A DNA stretch of 64,000 nt from Patescibacteria group bacterium (GTDB taxonomy: Bacteria > Patescibacteriota > Microgenomatia > UBA12405), in assembly GCA_050943115.1 (NCBI GenBank), contig JBMNON010000001.1:50023-114022 (forward strand). Reading direction: 5' to 3'. Shown piece after piece: positions 35,367 through 45,063 of this stretch (position 1 is the first letter of the stretch; each line of letters opens with the position of its first letter). A model generated the notes under the pieces. The model was not told the DNA's origin. It did not search any database and saw only the letters and a program-made list of their open reading frames with translations. The translations under genes and the position numbers were made by a program.

Positions 35367-37895
35367 TCAACTGCACTTGCTGTAACCGCAAAAGCTGTTT
35401 GAACATTTAAAACACCCCTCCTCGGCATACAAAGGGCTGCCGCAATCCGGGCATGAGCTAAACTTGCTTTCACTACTTGCCAGTTTATTTCTGATTTCCG
35501 AAAGCAAATCCAAACTCGGTTGAACAATTACCTGCTGGCTCTGAGGCTTTATCTTGTCCTTTTCTTCCTTAAAAAGATCCAACTGTGCGCCTCTGGAAAT
35601 CTCCAATATGGATTTTCCAACTGCATCAAACATACTCAAAACAGTACCATGACCAATTCCCACTTTCTGTCCGCATGATATTCCTACCATTTCCTCAGCA
35701 ACCTCATCTAAACTAGCACCGTACTTTAATGCCAAAGATGCCAATCTTCCTGTCACCTCCGCCGCTGCTGCCATATACCCTCCGCTTTTCCCCAAAACTA
35801 CAAATACCTCGACAGGGCCGTCTCCCTCTTCAAAAAACACCGACGTATAAACGTTCCCCATATCGCATGCTTTTTTCACCCTAGCACCATTGGCAATCAT
35901 TGGTGTACTTTTCTTCATTGATACCGGCAGATGACTCTTACCATTACCCTCAACCTCCATACTACCCTTCCCCTCTTTCTCCTTTACCTTTTGCAAAACC
36001 TCTTTTTCCCTGGAACCTGTCCGGTATATTGTAATTCCCTTGGTTCCCAATTTGTATGCCTGCAAATAAGCCCTCCTGACTTCTTCAACACTTGCTTCCT
36101 TGGGAAAATTAATCGTTTTTGACACTGCATTATCAACATTTTCTTGAAAAGCCGCTTGAATTTTAATATGCCACTCCGGTGAAATTTCCAAAGCTGTTCT
36201 AAATACTTCCTTAATATCATCGGGAATTTCCTCAATACCTGTTAGTACCCCTCCGTTTTTGGAAATCTTCTCAATCAAAACGTCATTGTATAAATCCCTC
36301 TTTTTCAACTCTTCCACTAACACCGGATTAACATTGTAAAGCACTTTTCCCTCAATTGTATTCTTTTGGAAAGCTAGAGAAAATACCGGCTCAATACCGC
36401 TGCTGGTATCGGCAATCACACTTATTGTTCCCGTTGGGGCTATCGTGGTTAAGGCCATATTCCTTGGTTTATAGTCTCCTCCCGCAAACACGCTATCTTC
36501 CCAAGCCGGAAATACTCCTCTTTCCCGTCCCAACACTATCGTCGCCTCCCTGGCTTTCTCATCGATAAATTTCATCACCTTTCCGGCCCATCTTACCCCT
36601 TCCTCCGAGTCATATTTAACTCCCAGCTTGAATAACATATCGGCAAAACCCATTACCCCCAACCCTACCCTCCTAAACTTCCTTACGGTTTCTGAAATTT
36701 TCTCCACCGGAAATTCATTGACTTCGACTACATTGTCCAAAAAATGTATTGCTTCTTTTACTGTTTGCCCCAAACTCTCCCAATCTACCTCTTTGTTCTT
36801 CACAAAACCGGCCAAATTTATACTTCCTAAATTACAGGCGTCATAAGGCAAAAGAGGCTGTTCTCCGCAAGGATTTGTAGCCTCAATCTTACCCAATTTA
36901 ATGACCGGATTTGACCTTTCATTATTCATTCTGTCAATAAATACCAACCCCGGATCACCGTATTGCCAAGCTAACCTGGTAATTAAATTAAAGACCTTAT
37001 AAGCGTTCAACTTCATGGTAACCTGGTTATCCCGGGGGTTTATCAGCTCATAACCCTCCCCTTGGCTTTTTGCTTCCGCCCATTCATATAATTTGGCAAT
37101 TCCCTCCTCTACCTGCTTTAACCGGGCATCCACATCCCGATTCTGTTCCGCTTCCCTAATTGCTTCTACCACATCCTCCGGAACGCTATCGTCATCAACA
37201 TATTTTTTATCGCTCTCCACCTTCTCCATGAAGGTGTTTGTTACTGCCAGTGAAATATTAAAATTTGTCAAACTAAACTCATCCAGTTTCACCACCGCAA
37301 AACGCAACACATCCGGATGGTCAATGGACAACATTCCCATGTTGGCACCCCGCCTCACCCCTCCCTGTTTAATTTGTGAAGTCACGTCATTATATGCCTG
37401 CATAAAAGATACCGGCCCCACTGTAGTCCCACCGCTGGTTTTTATGTAATCACCATAAGGTCTCAACCTGGAAAAAGAAAATCCGGTTCCCCCACCGCTT
37501 TTATGAATCATCGCCATATCCGCCATAGTCCTTAAAATTGATTCCATCGAATCATCAATTGGCAAAACAAAACAAGCCGATAATTGTTGATGCGTCTTTC
37601 CCGCATTCACCAAACAGGGAGTATTTGGAAAAAATCTTTGCTCTGCCATCATGGTATAAAACCTTTTGGCCAAGTTATTTACCTCATCCTCGTTTTTACT
37701 AAAAACTTTATCAGCTTTGGCGATGCTGGAAGCCACCCTCCAAAATATATCCCTAATTTTTTCTGTTGGTTTGCCGTCAGCCCCCTTCATGGCATACCTG
37801 GTTTCGGCAATATACCTGGCATTATCCGACATCTTTACTTCGGGCAGGTCATTAACAATATTATCACTATTTGAAAGAATTTTTATATCTGTCAT
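35367..37895 (-). CDS. nrdJ: class II (adenosylcobalamin-dependent) ribonucleotide reductase
   Basis: FFPNTPCLVNAG, LSACFVLPIDDSM, ATNPCGEQPLLPYDACNLGSINL are class II RNR motifs; C-terminal Zn ribbon. Confidence 0.85.
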   Translation of the reverse strand: MTDIKILSNSDNIVNDLPEVKMSDNARYIAETRYAMKGADGKPTEKIRDIFWRVASSIAKADKVFSKNEDEVNNLAKRFYTMMAEQRFFPNTPCLVNAGKTHQQLSACFVLPIDDSMESILRTMADMAMIHKSGGGTGFSFSRLRPYGDYIKTSGGTTVGPVSFMQAYNDVTSQIKQGGVRRGANMGMLSIDHPDVLRFAVVKLDEFSLTNFNISLAVTNTFMEKVESDKKYVDDDSVPEDVVEAIREAEQNRDVDARLKQVEEGIAKLYEWAEAKSQGEGYELINPRDNQVTMKLNAYKVFNLITRLAWQYGDPGLVFIDRMNNERSNPVIKLGKIEATNPCGEQPLLPYDACNLGSINLAGFVKNKEVDWESLGQTVKEAIHFLDNVVEVNEFPVEKISETVRKFRRVGLGVMGFADMLFKLGVKYDSEEGVRWAGKVMKFIDEKAREATIVLGRERGVFPAWEDSVFAGGDYKPRNMALTTIAPTGTISVIADTSSGIEPVFSLAFQKNTIEGKVLYNVNPVLVEELKKRDLYNDVLIEKISKNGGVLTGIEEIPDDIKEVFRTALEISPEWHIKIQAAFQENVDNAVSKTINFPKEASVEEVRRAYLQAYKLGTKGITIYRTGSREKEVLQKVKEKEGKGSMEVEGNGKSHLPVSMKKSTPMIANGARVKKACDMGNVYTSVFFEEGDGPVEVFVVLGKSGGYMAAAAEVTGRLASLALKYGASLDEVAEEMVGISCGQKVGIGHGTVLSMFDAVGKSILEISRGAQLDLFKEEKDKIKPQSQQVIVQPSLDLLSEIRNKLASSESKFSSCPDCGSPLYAEEGCFKCSNSFCGYSKCS

Positions 37896-37897
37896 TT

Positions 37898-38347
37898 TTA
37901 TTTTTTATTTTGAAATTCAACCACTAAATTTTTAAAATCTTCAATTGACTTAATATCCAAATATACTGTCGCAAAACGGATATACGCTACCGGATCAATG
38001 TCTTTTAATTTATTCATTACCATTAGGCCGATTTCCCGGCTTGGTATTTCCACTTTTTCCCAATTCAAAAGCTTTTTTTCTATCTCATCAATCAGCTTAT
38101 CCCTCTCTTCTGCCCCCAGCTTCCAGCAAGCCTTGTCAAAGCATCGCGCTAACTTTTCTCTGGAATAATCTTCTACCCGACCATCCTTTTTAACCACTCT
38201 AAGCTCAATACTGCCCACTTTTTCATAAGTAGTAAATCTCTTGCCACATTTCAAACACTCCCGTCTTCTTCTCGTCGCCCTGCCCTCCTGAGCGTCACGG
38301 CTTTCCAAAACATTGGATTCATCAAATCCACAATATGGACATAACAT
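37898..38347 (-). CDS. nrdR: transcriptional repressor NrdR
   Basis: MLCPYCGFDESNVLESR...CLKCGKRFTTYE zinc ribbon plus ATP-cone. Confidence 0.85.
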   Translation of the reverse strand: MLCPYCGFDESNVLESRDAQEGRATRRRRECLKCGKRFTTYEKVGSIELRVVKKDGRVEDYSREKLARCFDKACWKLGAEERDKLIDEIEKKLLNWEKVEIPSREIGLMVMNKLKDIDPVAYIRFATVYLDIKSIEDFKNLVVEFQNKK

Positions 38348-38388
38348 ATTTTGCGTAATGTTAAACCTTTAATAAGTTTTTGGGGCAG

Positions 38389-38405
38389 TACACTATAACT
38401 AGTGA
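38389..38405. promoter_or_regulatory. candidate NrdR box upstream of nrdR
   Basis: TACACTATAACTAGTGA resembles the acaCwAtATaTwGtgt consensus. Only one copy was seen. Confidence 0.35.
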
Positions 38406-38535
38406 ATAATTACCATCATACACACCACGGGAAGTGCCAGTCAACTACAAACAACTGCACCAAACTAAGTCAAGTTAAAAAAATTACCTTCCTCCAAAAC
38501 TCGCCACCTTCCAATGTCTACGGTATAATACCCCT

Positions 38536-38826
38536 ATGCAAAAAATTATCCGTTTTTTCAACGAAGTTAAAGTTGAATTCAAGAACATCTCTTGGCCCAA
38601 AAAAGATACTTTAATTCAGCTTTCAGTTGTGGTAATATCAATCTCGATCTTAACTTCCCTAATTTTAGGAGGTTTCGATTATTTGTTTACTAATTCGATT
38701 GCTCTTTTGAGCAGGGTTAATAATCCCGCTTCTGAAGTCCAAATCGAGCCTGAAATTCAAATTGAAGAGGCCACTCCTTCAGCAGAAAGCCCCTCCTCAA
38801 CGGAATCATCAGAAATTCAAAACTAA
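38536..38826 (+). CDS. secE: preprotein translocase subunit SecE (with acidic C-terminal extension)
   Basis: FFNEVKVEFKNISWPKKDTLIQLSVVVISISIL is a SecE-like single TM; located immediately upstream of nusG. Confidence 0.7.
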   Translation: MQKIIRFFNEVKVEFKNISWPKKDTLIQLSVVVISISILTSLILGGFDYLFTNSIALLSRVNNPASEVQIEPEIQIEEATPSAESPSSTESSEIQN

Positions 38827-38827
38827 A

Positions 38828-39424
38828 ATGCCCAATACTTCTAATAAAACTAAAAAAAAGGAATTTTTGTTCAAGCTCTCTCCAAAAGAGCCTAGCTTTG
38901 ATGCCGCCTGGTACGTCATCAACACCTACTCCGGTCACGAATATAAAGTTATTGACGCTCTCAAAACCCGTATTAAAACTATGGGTCTCGAGGATCAAAT
39001 TTTTCAGGCCATTGTCCCCATTCAAAGCAAAATGGTCATCCGCCGCGGTCAAAAGGTCAAAACCCAGGAAAAAACTTTTCCTGGTTATGTCTTAATCCAA
39101 ATGGCTCTTAGTGATGATTCCTGGATTACAGTCAGAACCACCCAGGGTGTTACCGGCTTTGTCGGTATTGGCAATCAGCCCTCTCCCATCTCCCAAAAAG
39201 AAGTTGACAACATTATCAAAACCGTCCAGGAAGAAAAACCCAAATACCAAACACCTTTTGCAATGGGCGATGTCGTCAAGATCACCAACGGTCCTTTCGC
39301 CGACTTCATCGGTACTATTGACAATATTGACCAGGAAAAAGGCAAGCTTCGTGTTTTGGTCTCCTTCTTTGAGCGGGAAACCCCGGTTGAGCTTGATTTC
39401 TTACAAGTTACCAAAGAATTATAA
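38828..39424 (+). CDS. nusG: transcription termination/antitermination factor NusG
   Basis: WYVINTYSGHEYKV...; KOW motif GDVVKITNGPFADFIGTI. Start moved to MPNTSNK. Confidence 0.85.
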   Translation: MPNTSNKTKKKEFLFKLSPKEPSFDAAWYVINTYSGHEYKVIDALKTRIKTMGLEDQIFQAIVPIQSKMVIRRGQKVKTQEKTFPGYVLIQMALSDDSWITVRTTQGVTGFVGIGNQPSPISQKEVDNIIKTVQEEKPKYQTPFAMGDVVKITNGPFADFIGTIDNIDQEKGKLRVLVSFFERETPVELDFLQVTKEL

Positions 39425-39429
39425 AAATT

Positions 39430-39855
39430 ATGCCTAAAAAAATAAAAACTATTGTTAAATTAGCCATTCCCGCAGGTTCTGCCAACCCGGCACCTCCCGT
39501 TGGAACCGCTCTTGGTCCTCAAGGTATCAAAATCATGGACTTCTGCAATGAGTTCAATGAAAAAACCAAAGACATGAGAGGCTCCCTTATTCCTTCTGTT
39601 ATTACTATCTACGAAGACCGCTCCTTCGACTTTATCATCAAGAAGCCCCCGGTTTCTGATATGATCAAAAAAATGGCCGGACTTCAAAAAGGCGCCCAAA
39701 CCACCGGCCGCGAAAAAGTCGGCAAACTCTCACCCGCTCAGGTTGAACAAATTGCACAGGATAAACTGGTCGATTTGAACACCAAAAACCTTGAATCAGC
39801 CAAAAAAACCGTTATGGGCACTGCCCGTTCTATGGGTGTCGAAATTACCGAATAA
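39430..39855 (+). CDS. rplK: 50S ribosomal protein L11
   Basis: MPKKIKTIVKLAIPAGSANPAPPVGTALGPQGIKIMDFCNEFN. Confidence 0.9.
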   Translation: MPKKIKTIVKLAIPAGSANPAPPVGTALGPQGIKIMDFCNEFNEKTKDMRGSLIPSVITIYEDRSFDFIIKKPPVSDMIKKMAGLQKGAQTTGREKVGKLSPAQVEQIAQDKLVDLNTKNLESAKKTVMGTARSMGVEITE

Positions 39856-39886
39856 ACTATTTATTTTATATATTTCTAAATAAATT

Positions 39887-40657
39887 ATGAGCAAAACCAC
39901 AAAAGACCTAAAAGCCAAAAAAGCTCGGGAAGAGCAGGCCCAGGTGGAAGAGCAGGCAACAGAAACTGCTCGCGAGGCCCAAAATCAGGAAGAGGCAGTA
40001 CAGATAGAAAAAGTTGAGACCAATCCTTCCTCGGACACCCAAGACACCTCTGCCGCTACAATTAAAACCGCCAAAACCCGAAGTAAGCAATACAAAACGG
40101 CTAAAGCCAAAGTCGATAAAGACAAGTATTATTCCCTACCGGAAGCTGTATCCCTTGTCAAAAAAACCTCTTACGCCAAATTCGGTGGCAAAGTCGAAGC
40201 TCACGTAGTTGTAACCGATGTTGGAACCGTTGGGGAAATTTCTTTTCCTCACTTGGAAACTGCCGCCAAAAAAATTGCCGTTCTCGACGATAAAGTCCTG
40301 GCAGCCATCAAAGACGGCAATATTGATTTCGATATCCTCATTGCCACACCGGCCACCATGCCCAAACTTCTTCCCTACGCCCGCCTGCTTGGACCCAAAG
40401 GTCTAATGCCCAATCCCAAAAGTGGTACATTAACTGACAAACTACAGGACGCCGTCAAGAAACTTTCTGCTGCCAAAACTGTCCTCAAAACCGAAAAGAA
40501 AGCTCCGGTACTCCACCTGGTCACCGGCCAAGTTTCTCAACCCGAAAAAGAACTGGTAGAAAATATCGATGAACTAATCAAAACCATTGGCGCTACCAAA
40601 ATTAAAAAATTGGTACTGAAAGCCACCATGGGACCAGCTGTCAAAGTAGCTCTTTAA
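39887..40657 (+). CDS. rplA: 50S ribosomal protein L1 with ~60-aa N-terminal extension
   Basis: YYSLPEAVSLVKKTSYAKFGGKVEAHVVV; IATPATMPKLLPYARLLGPKGLMPNPKSGT. Confidence 0.85.
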   Translation: MSKTTKDLKAKKAREEQAQVEEQATETAREAQNQEEAVQIEKVETNPSSDTQDTSAATIKTAKTRSKQYKTAKAKVDKDKYYSLPEAVSLVKKTSYAKFGGKVEAHVVVTDVGTVGEISFPHLETAAKKIAVLDDKVLAAIKDGNIDFDILIATPATMPKLLPYARLLGPKGLMPNPKSGTLTDKLQDAVKKLSAAKTVLKTEKKAPVLHLVTGQVSQPEKELVENIDELIKTIGATKIKKLVLKATMGPAVKVAL

Positions 40658-40672
40658 TCAAAAGACAATTTA

Positions 40673-40703
40673 AAACCCTCCAAACAAACGGAGGGTTTTA
40701 ATT
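40673..40703 (+). terminator. rho-independent terminator after rplA
   Basis: AAACCCTCC-aaacaaac-GGAGGGTTTT. Confidence 0.6.
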
Positions 40704-40716
40704 GTTATGCCCTTGC

Positions 40717-41277
40717 CTACACGCTTACATCAACTGTTCTCACCTGAGCGACTCCGTTTCGGTTAAAAATTCTCTCAACTTCATTACTCCTGCCGTCAGC
40801 TACCGGCACCATCAGCATTACATCTTCACCCCGAACCTCCTCATCGTAATAAGCTCCCGCCTCTTCCCTGACTCCACCGGCTCTCTCCAATGCTCCAATA
40901 AGACCGCCGATAGCTGCTCCCAATACCGCCCCCGTCACTGTTACGGCTGCAATCCCGGTTAACCCCAAAGCTCCGGCTATGGGTCCGACAAACAATATTC
41001 CTGCCAATCCAGGCACAATCGTTGCCACAATACCATAAATCAGGCCTGCAAGGGCTCCGATAATTGCTCCGGTGATAACTCCGTTACCGATATTTCCTGT
41101 CCTATCCCTCCTCATGGTTGTCACGCCCCCCCTTCTTCCAGCCTCACTAACATTACTTTGCCTCCGGGAGCCGCCCAGTTCCATATCCTCGACATCAAAT
41201 CCGGCCCCCCTTAAATCTCTTAAGGCTTTGTCGGCATCGTCGTAGTTATCAAAAATTCCGACCATCATTCCTGCCAT
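40717..41277 (-). CDS. general-stress-like membrane protein (YflT/DUF1269-like N-domain plus glycine-zipper TM segments)
   Basis: GIFDNYDDADKALRDLRGAGFDVEDME N-domain; GxxxG-rich TM region. Confidence 0.35.
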   Translation of the reverse strand: MAGMMVGIFDNYDDADKALRDLRGAGFDVEDMELGGSRRQSNVSEAGRRGGVTTMRRDRTGNIGNGVITGAIIGALAGLIYGIVATIVPGLAGILFVGPIAGALGLTGIAAVTVTGAVLGAAIGGLIGALERAGGVREEAGAYYDEEVRGEDVMLMVPVADGRSNEVERIFNRNGVAQVRTVDVSV

Positions 41278-41403
41278 ACTTGTTCCTCCTGCTTTAATAA
41301 ATAATTATTTACTAATATCTTCGAAAAAAACCTTCAGAAACCAAACAGAAACAAGCAAGAATCAAGTAAGAACCAAAATCAAATATACGATAAAATACTT
41401 TAA

Positions 41404-42630
41404 GTGAAGCAAAAAATATCCATTGTATTTTTGAACTATCTTCGGATTCTCGCAAAAATCCAGCTTTTTAAGATCCGAATTATTCAGATTGCTAAAAAAC
41501 GTCCCCTCTGTATAATCGGGATCACTGGCTCAGCTGGTAAAACCTCCACCCTGTCTGCCCTCCATTCAGCCCTGTCGCCTCAATACCAAATAAAAACTAA
41601 TTCTGGTTCTAATTCCGAATCCGGTATTCCCCTGGACATTTTAGGTTTAAAGATCAAAGAATTCTCTCTTACAAGTTGGCTCAAAATCGCCCTCCTTTCC
41701 ATCTGGAAAATTCTTACAAACTGGCAAAGTTATCAAATATATATTGCCGAAATGGGAATTGATAGCCCTAAAGAGCCCAAAAATATGACTTACCTGTTAA
41801 AAATTTTTACACCCGACATCGGTATCTTTCTCAATGTTAGCCCTGTCCATTTGGAATATTTTGACAGTCTTGATCAAATCGCTTTGGAAAAGGCCAAAAT
41901 GATAGCATCCCTTCCATCCTCGGGTTTTGCCATTCTAAACCTTGAAGATCCTCTTGTGAAAAAATATGCCCAAAATACTCCCGCTCGAATAGTTCCCATC
42001 AAACCCGTCAAAATTAATTTCCCCGGCTTTATTATTCCTGATGTTTATCAGGATTCTTTTGGCGCGGCTATCGCCACAGCCCGGGTTCTTGGTATAAAAA
42101 CAGAAACGGCCACCATCAATATCATAAACAATTTTCGCCTCCCTCCCGGCCGTGCTTCCATTCTCCGCGGCCTTAATAATTCCACAATTATTGACAGTAC
42201 TTATAACGCTTCACCCTTGGCCGCTACTGAAATGCTAAACTTCCTCCGCAACTTCCCGCCCCCCCGAATTGCTGTCCTCGGAGACATGAGGGAGCTTGGA
42301 CAAGCCTCCCGGGAAGAACACCAAAAACTTTACACCAAAGCCATCAAATCAAGCGACCTTCTCATTAGTGTAGGTCCCCTAACTTGTAAGTACTTTGGAC
42401 CAAAAGCCCAAAAATTCGACTTTTGGTGGCAGGCAGCCGACTATATGAAAACCCATCTTCCCACCAACGCTACCGTCTTGGTTAAAGGCTCCCAGAATAC
42501 GATTTTCCTCGAAGAACTAGTCAAGTCTCTCCTCCAAAATCCTTCCGACAAACAACTCTTATGCCGCCAAAACAACTACTGGCAAAAAACCAAAAGTGCC
42601 TTTCGCAAATCCATCAAAAAACCCTCCTAG
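41404..42630 (+). CDS. Mur ligase family protein (MurF-like central plus C-terminal domains, no N-terminal domain)
   Basis: IGITGSAGKTST P-loop; IAEMGIDSP...IGIFLNVSPVHLEYF; IIDSTYNASPLAATEMLNFL; RIAVLGDMRELG. Confidence 0.6.
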   Translation: MKQKISIVFLNYLRILAKIQLFKIRIIQIAKKRPLCIIGITGSAGKTSTLSALHSALSPQYQIKTNSGSNSESGIPLDILGLKIKEFSLTSWLKIALLSIWKILTNWQSYQIYIAEMGIDSPKEPKNMTYLLKIFTPDIGIFLNVSPVHLEYFDSLDQIALEKAKMIASLPSSGFAILNLEDPLVKKYAQNTPARIVPIKPVKINFPGFIIPDVYQDSFGAAIATARVLGIKTETATINIINNFRLPPGRASILRGLNNSTIIDSTYNASPLAATEMLNFLRNFPPPRIAVLGDMRELGQASREEHQKLYTKAIKSSDLLISVGPLTCKYFGPKAQKFDFWWQAADYMKTHLPTNATVLVKGSQNTIFLEELVKSLLQNPSDKQLLCRQNNYWQKTKSAFRKSIKKPS

Positions 42631-43196
42631 GCCGAGTATTCTTTATCCTTCTTCATCTCTTTTTCAATCAAGTTTCTCAAAAACACTGATCTTGGCAGTC
42701 TCTTTTTCTTGGCCACCCAATCAAGATAGTTTAATATCTTGGGCGAAACAAAAAAGTTAAAACGGACATCGGCGCTTTTAATTGCCTCCTCAATGGCTTC
42801 TTCCAAGGCAGCCTCCACGTTACCCAGCTCATATTGAACAATTTGCATCTTGTCATAATCGGAACCAAAAAACAAACCTGGCTTCCGGTCTCCTGCAAAC
42901 AACACCACCAATGGCTTATTTAATGCCATGACTTCAGTCAATTCATGGCCGACTGACAAGCTTTGGGTTGACACCTCAGCCACGATTACTTGGGCTTTCT
43001 TAATTTCTGATATAATTTTTACGTAATTTTTCCTAGCTTCGGCTTTTGACAAACTATCAACACTTTGAGAACCGTCCTTTAAAATATGTTCCGAATACAC
43101 CTTATGCCCCATCTTGCTTAATACTCTTACAATTTCCTCATAATTTTCACTGAACTCTTTCTTTCCTCGGAGAGATGCGGTAAAATATATTCTCAT
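42627..43196 (-). CDS. DNPH1/Rcl-like 2'-deoxynucleoside 5'-phosphate N-hydrolase / nucleoside 2-deoxyribosyltransferase superfamily, with C-terminal extension
   Basis: MRIYFTASLRG and VIVAEVSTQSLSVGHELT match IYFCGSIRGG / AEVTQPSLGVGYELG of DNPH1. Confidence 0.5.
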   Translation of the reverse strand: MRIYFTASLRGKKEFSENYEEIVRVLSKMGHKVYSEHILKDGSQSVDSLSKAEARKNYVKIISEIKKAQVIVAEVSTQSLSVGHELTEVMALNKPLVVLFAGDRKPGLFFGSDYDKMQIVQYELGNVEAALEEAIEEAIKSADVRFNFFVSPKILNYLDWVAKKKRLPRSVFLRNLIEKEMKKDKEYSA

Positions 43197-43223
43197 AAAA
43201 CAGATTATATCATTATTAATCCC

Positions 43224-44231
43224 TTGATAACAGATTCTAAAAAGATTGCCATTTATTTAACTAATAAATGTAACCTTAAATGCAAACACTGCTTCATGGA
43301 AGGATCTCCCATGAACGACAGTTTCTTAAGCTGGGGTCAGATAAAAACGGCTCTCAGCAATTTCTTTTCCCAGGACTTCAAACATGTCGAACTTTCCGGA
43401 GGCGAATCCTGCCTCTCCCCCTATTTTCTCGACGCTATAAATGAGGCCAAAAGGATCGGCTACACTGTCGGTGTCAGTACCAATGGCACTAACGGTCATA
43501 TATTTAAAATTATTAATCCCAAAATTGTAGACAAGATCACTTTCAGCCTCGATGGCGCTACCGCCTCAACCCATGCCCGTCTTCGCGGACCACAAGCTTA
43601 TGAGCTCTGTTTAAACAACATCAAAAAAGCGGTTTCCCAAGGGTTTCGTGTCGAAGTTGTTTATACCGTTCACCGCTATAATCTCAAAGAAATCGCTCCT
43701 GTTATTAAACTTCTCGATAAGCTCAAAGTAGACCGTCTCACTTTTGGTTTTATCAACAATGCCGGGTCGGCTACTTTAAATCAGCATTTCCTTCTTGAAG
43801 CCAAAAATTGGATAACAGCCAAAAAAGATATCGAAGCCCATTCTAACACCCAACACATGAGCATCCGCTATCCGCCCCTTTTTGTCACTAAGTCCGAATT
43901 TGAGGCTATTAAAACTAATACCGATTACCGTTGTCTTGTCGCTGACCCTGTCAAAATTGAAATCTACCCTGATGGATACTTTTACGGTTGCTGCTTTGTT
44001 ACATCCAACAAAGATTTATCCCTAGGTAAAATATTTGACGATCATGTTGAGGCCGACAACACTAATGCCAAAAACTTCTCCCAAAAATATTGTGCCAAAA
44101 GCTGTCCGGCAATTCAAACTAGTCTTATCTTCTCCAACAATAACAAACTAGTTCCCGTCTGCCTCTACTGTAAAATTATTACCCAGCCCCATCCTGTCAA
44201 CAAGATGCTCGGTGCCAAATCCCATAGTTGA
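43224..44231 (+). CDS. radical SAM/SPASM-like protein (paralog of 4418..5464)
   Basis: CNLKCKHCF (CxxxCxxC), GGESCL, C-terminal FYGCCF...CAKSCP...CLYC; shares a Y.YGCC motif with the first rSAM. Confidence 0.7.
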   Translation: MITDSKKIAIYLTNKCNLKCKHCFMEGSPMNDSFLSWGQIKTALSNFFSQDFKHVELSGGESCLSPYFLDAINEAKRIGYTVGVSTNGTNGHIFKIINPKIVDKITFSLDGATASTHARLRGPQAYELCLNNIKKAVSQGFRVEVVYTVHRYNLKEIAPVIKLLDKLKVDRLTFGFINNAGSATLNQHFLLEAKNWITAKKDIEAHSNTQHMSIRYPPLFVTKSEFEAIKTNTDYRCLVADPVKIEIYPDGYFYGCCFVTSNKDLSLGKIFDDHVEADNTNAKNFSQKYCAKSCPAIQTSLIFSNNNKLVPVCLYCKIITQPHPVNKMLGAKSHS

Positions 44232-45005
44232 CATTGAAGCCACCCGACATGCTTCTTCAAGGGCATCTTTTTTACCCGCTCCGTTTAAAAGCTGAGCTAT
44301 AAATACCCCGGCAACCACATCTCCGGCCCCGATAGTGTCCCGAACTTCAATATTGTCAATTGTAGCCGCCTTCACCTCTAATTTCCCCTTCGAATAATAT
44401 TCTGCCCCCTTTGCACCCAATTTTAAAACCATATCTGTGTCTAAATTCTCTCCTCCAATTTCCCTCCCTTCAAACTCATTGGCAAAACCTAAATTGCACT
44501 TTTCCATCACTTTTTTTACCAAATTCGGTCTTGTTCTTGTAAACGTGTCAAATGTATCACAAGATATCGGAACATCACCAAAACCCATGGTCTTAATTTG
44601 TTCGAGCCATTCCAGTTGCTGTTCTGGCGATGAAGCCGCCAAATGTATCCACCCAACTCCTTCTATATCTTCCACGTCTTTAATATCAATATTTTTGCCC
44701 AAATCACCTTCGCTCCGGAAAGCCCTTCTGCCTCCTTCTTCGTTCAGCCAGTGTCGGTCAGTCATTTTCCCGCTATCTATTCCTAAATAACTAATATCAA
44801 TACCTAAATTCTTCAATATTGACAAATCAAAATCCTTTCCTATCCTGCTTTTTATTACTACTTGTCCCACAGGCAAATAAAAGGAGGCTGCTAAACTAAC
44901 ATGAAATGCCGATCCTCCCCAGAATTTATGGCACACTGAATTCCTTTTAACGATATCTCTGGCCAAATGGCCGACAACTAAAAGTTTACCCTTAATCAAA
45001 TTCAC
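44148..45005 (-). CDS. PfkB-family carbohydrate/nucleoside kinase
   Basis: DTIGAGDVVAGVF (PfkB signature 2), N-terminal GG-like motif; the 3' end overlaps the rSAM by 84 nt. Confidence 0.65.
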   Translation of the reverse strand: MNLIKGKLLVVGHLARDIVKRNSVCHKFWGGSAFHVSLAASFYLPVGQVVIKSRIGKDFDLSILKNLGIDISYLGIDSGKMTDRHWLNEEGGRRAFRSEGDLGKNIDIKDVEDIEGVGWIHLAASSPEQQLEWLEQIKTMGFGDVPISCDTFDTFTRTRPNLVKKVMEKCNLGFANEFEGREIGGENLDTDMVLKLGAKGAEYYSKGKLEVKAATIDNIEVRDTIGAGDVVAGVFIAQLLNGAGKKDALEEACRVASMSTMGFGTEHLVDRMGLGNNFTVEADGN

Positions 45006-45063
45006 GCCAAATTATAACACCCCCCAAACTCTTTTCTTCTCCATCAAATTTCGCAATCATTTT

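Noticed and set aside
38762-38827. Upstream extension of nusG to the ATG at 38762
   Set aside because: The extension overlaps the secE coding region. Conserved NusG N-terminal residues begin after the Met at 38828.
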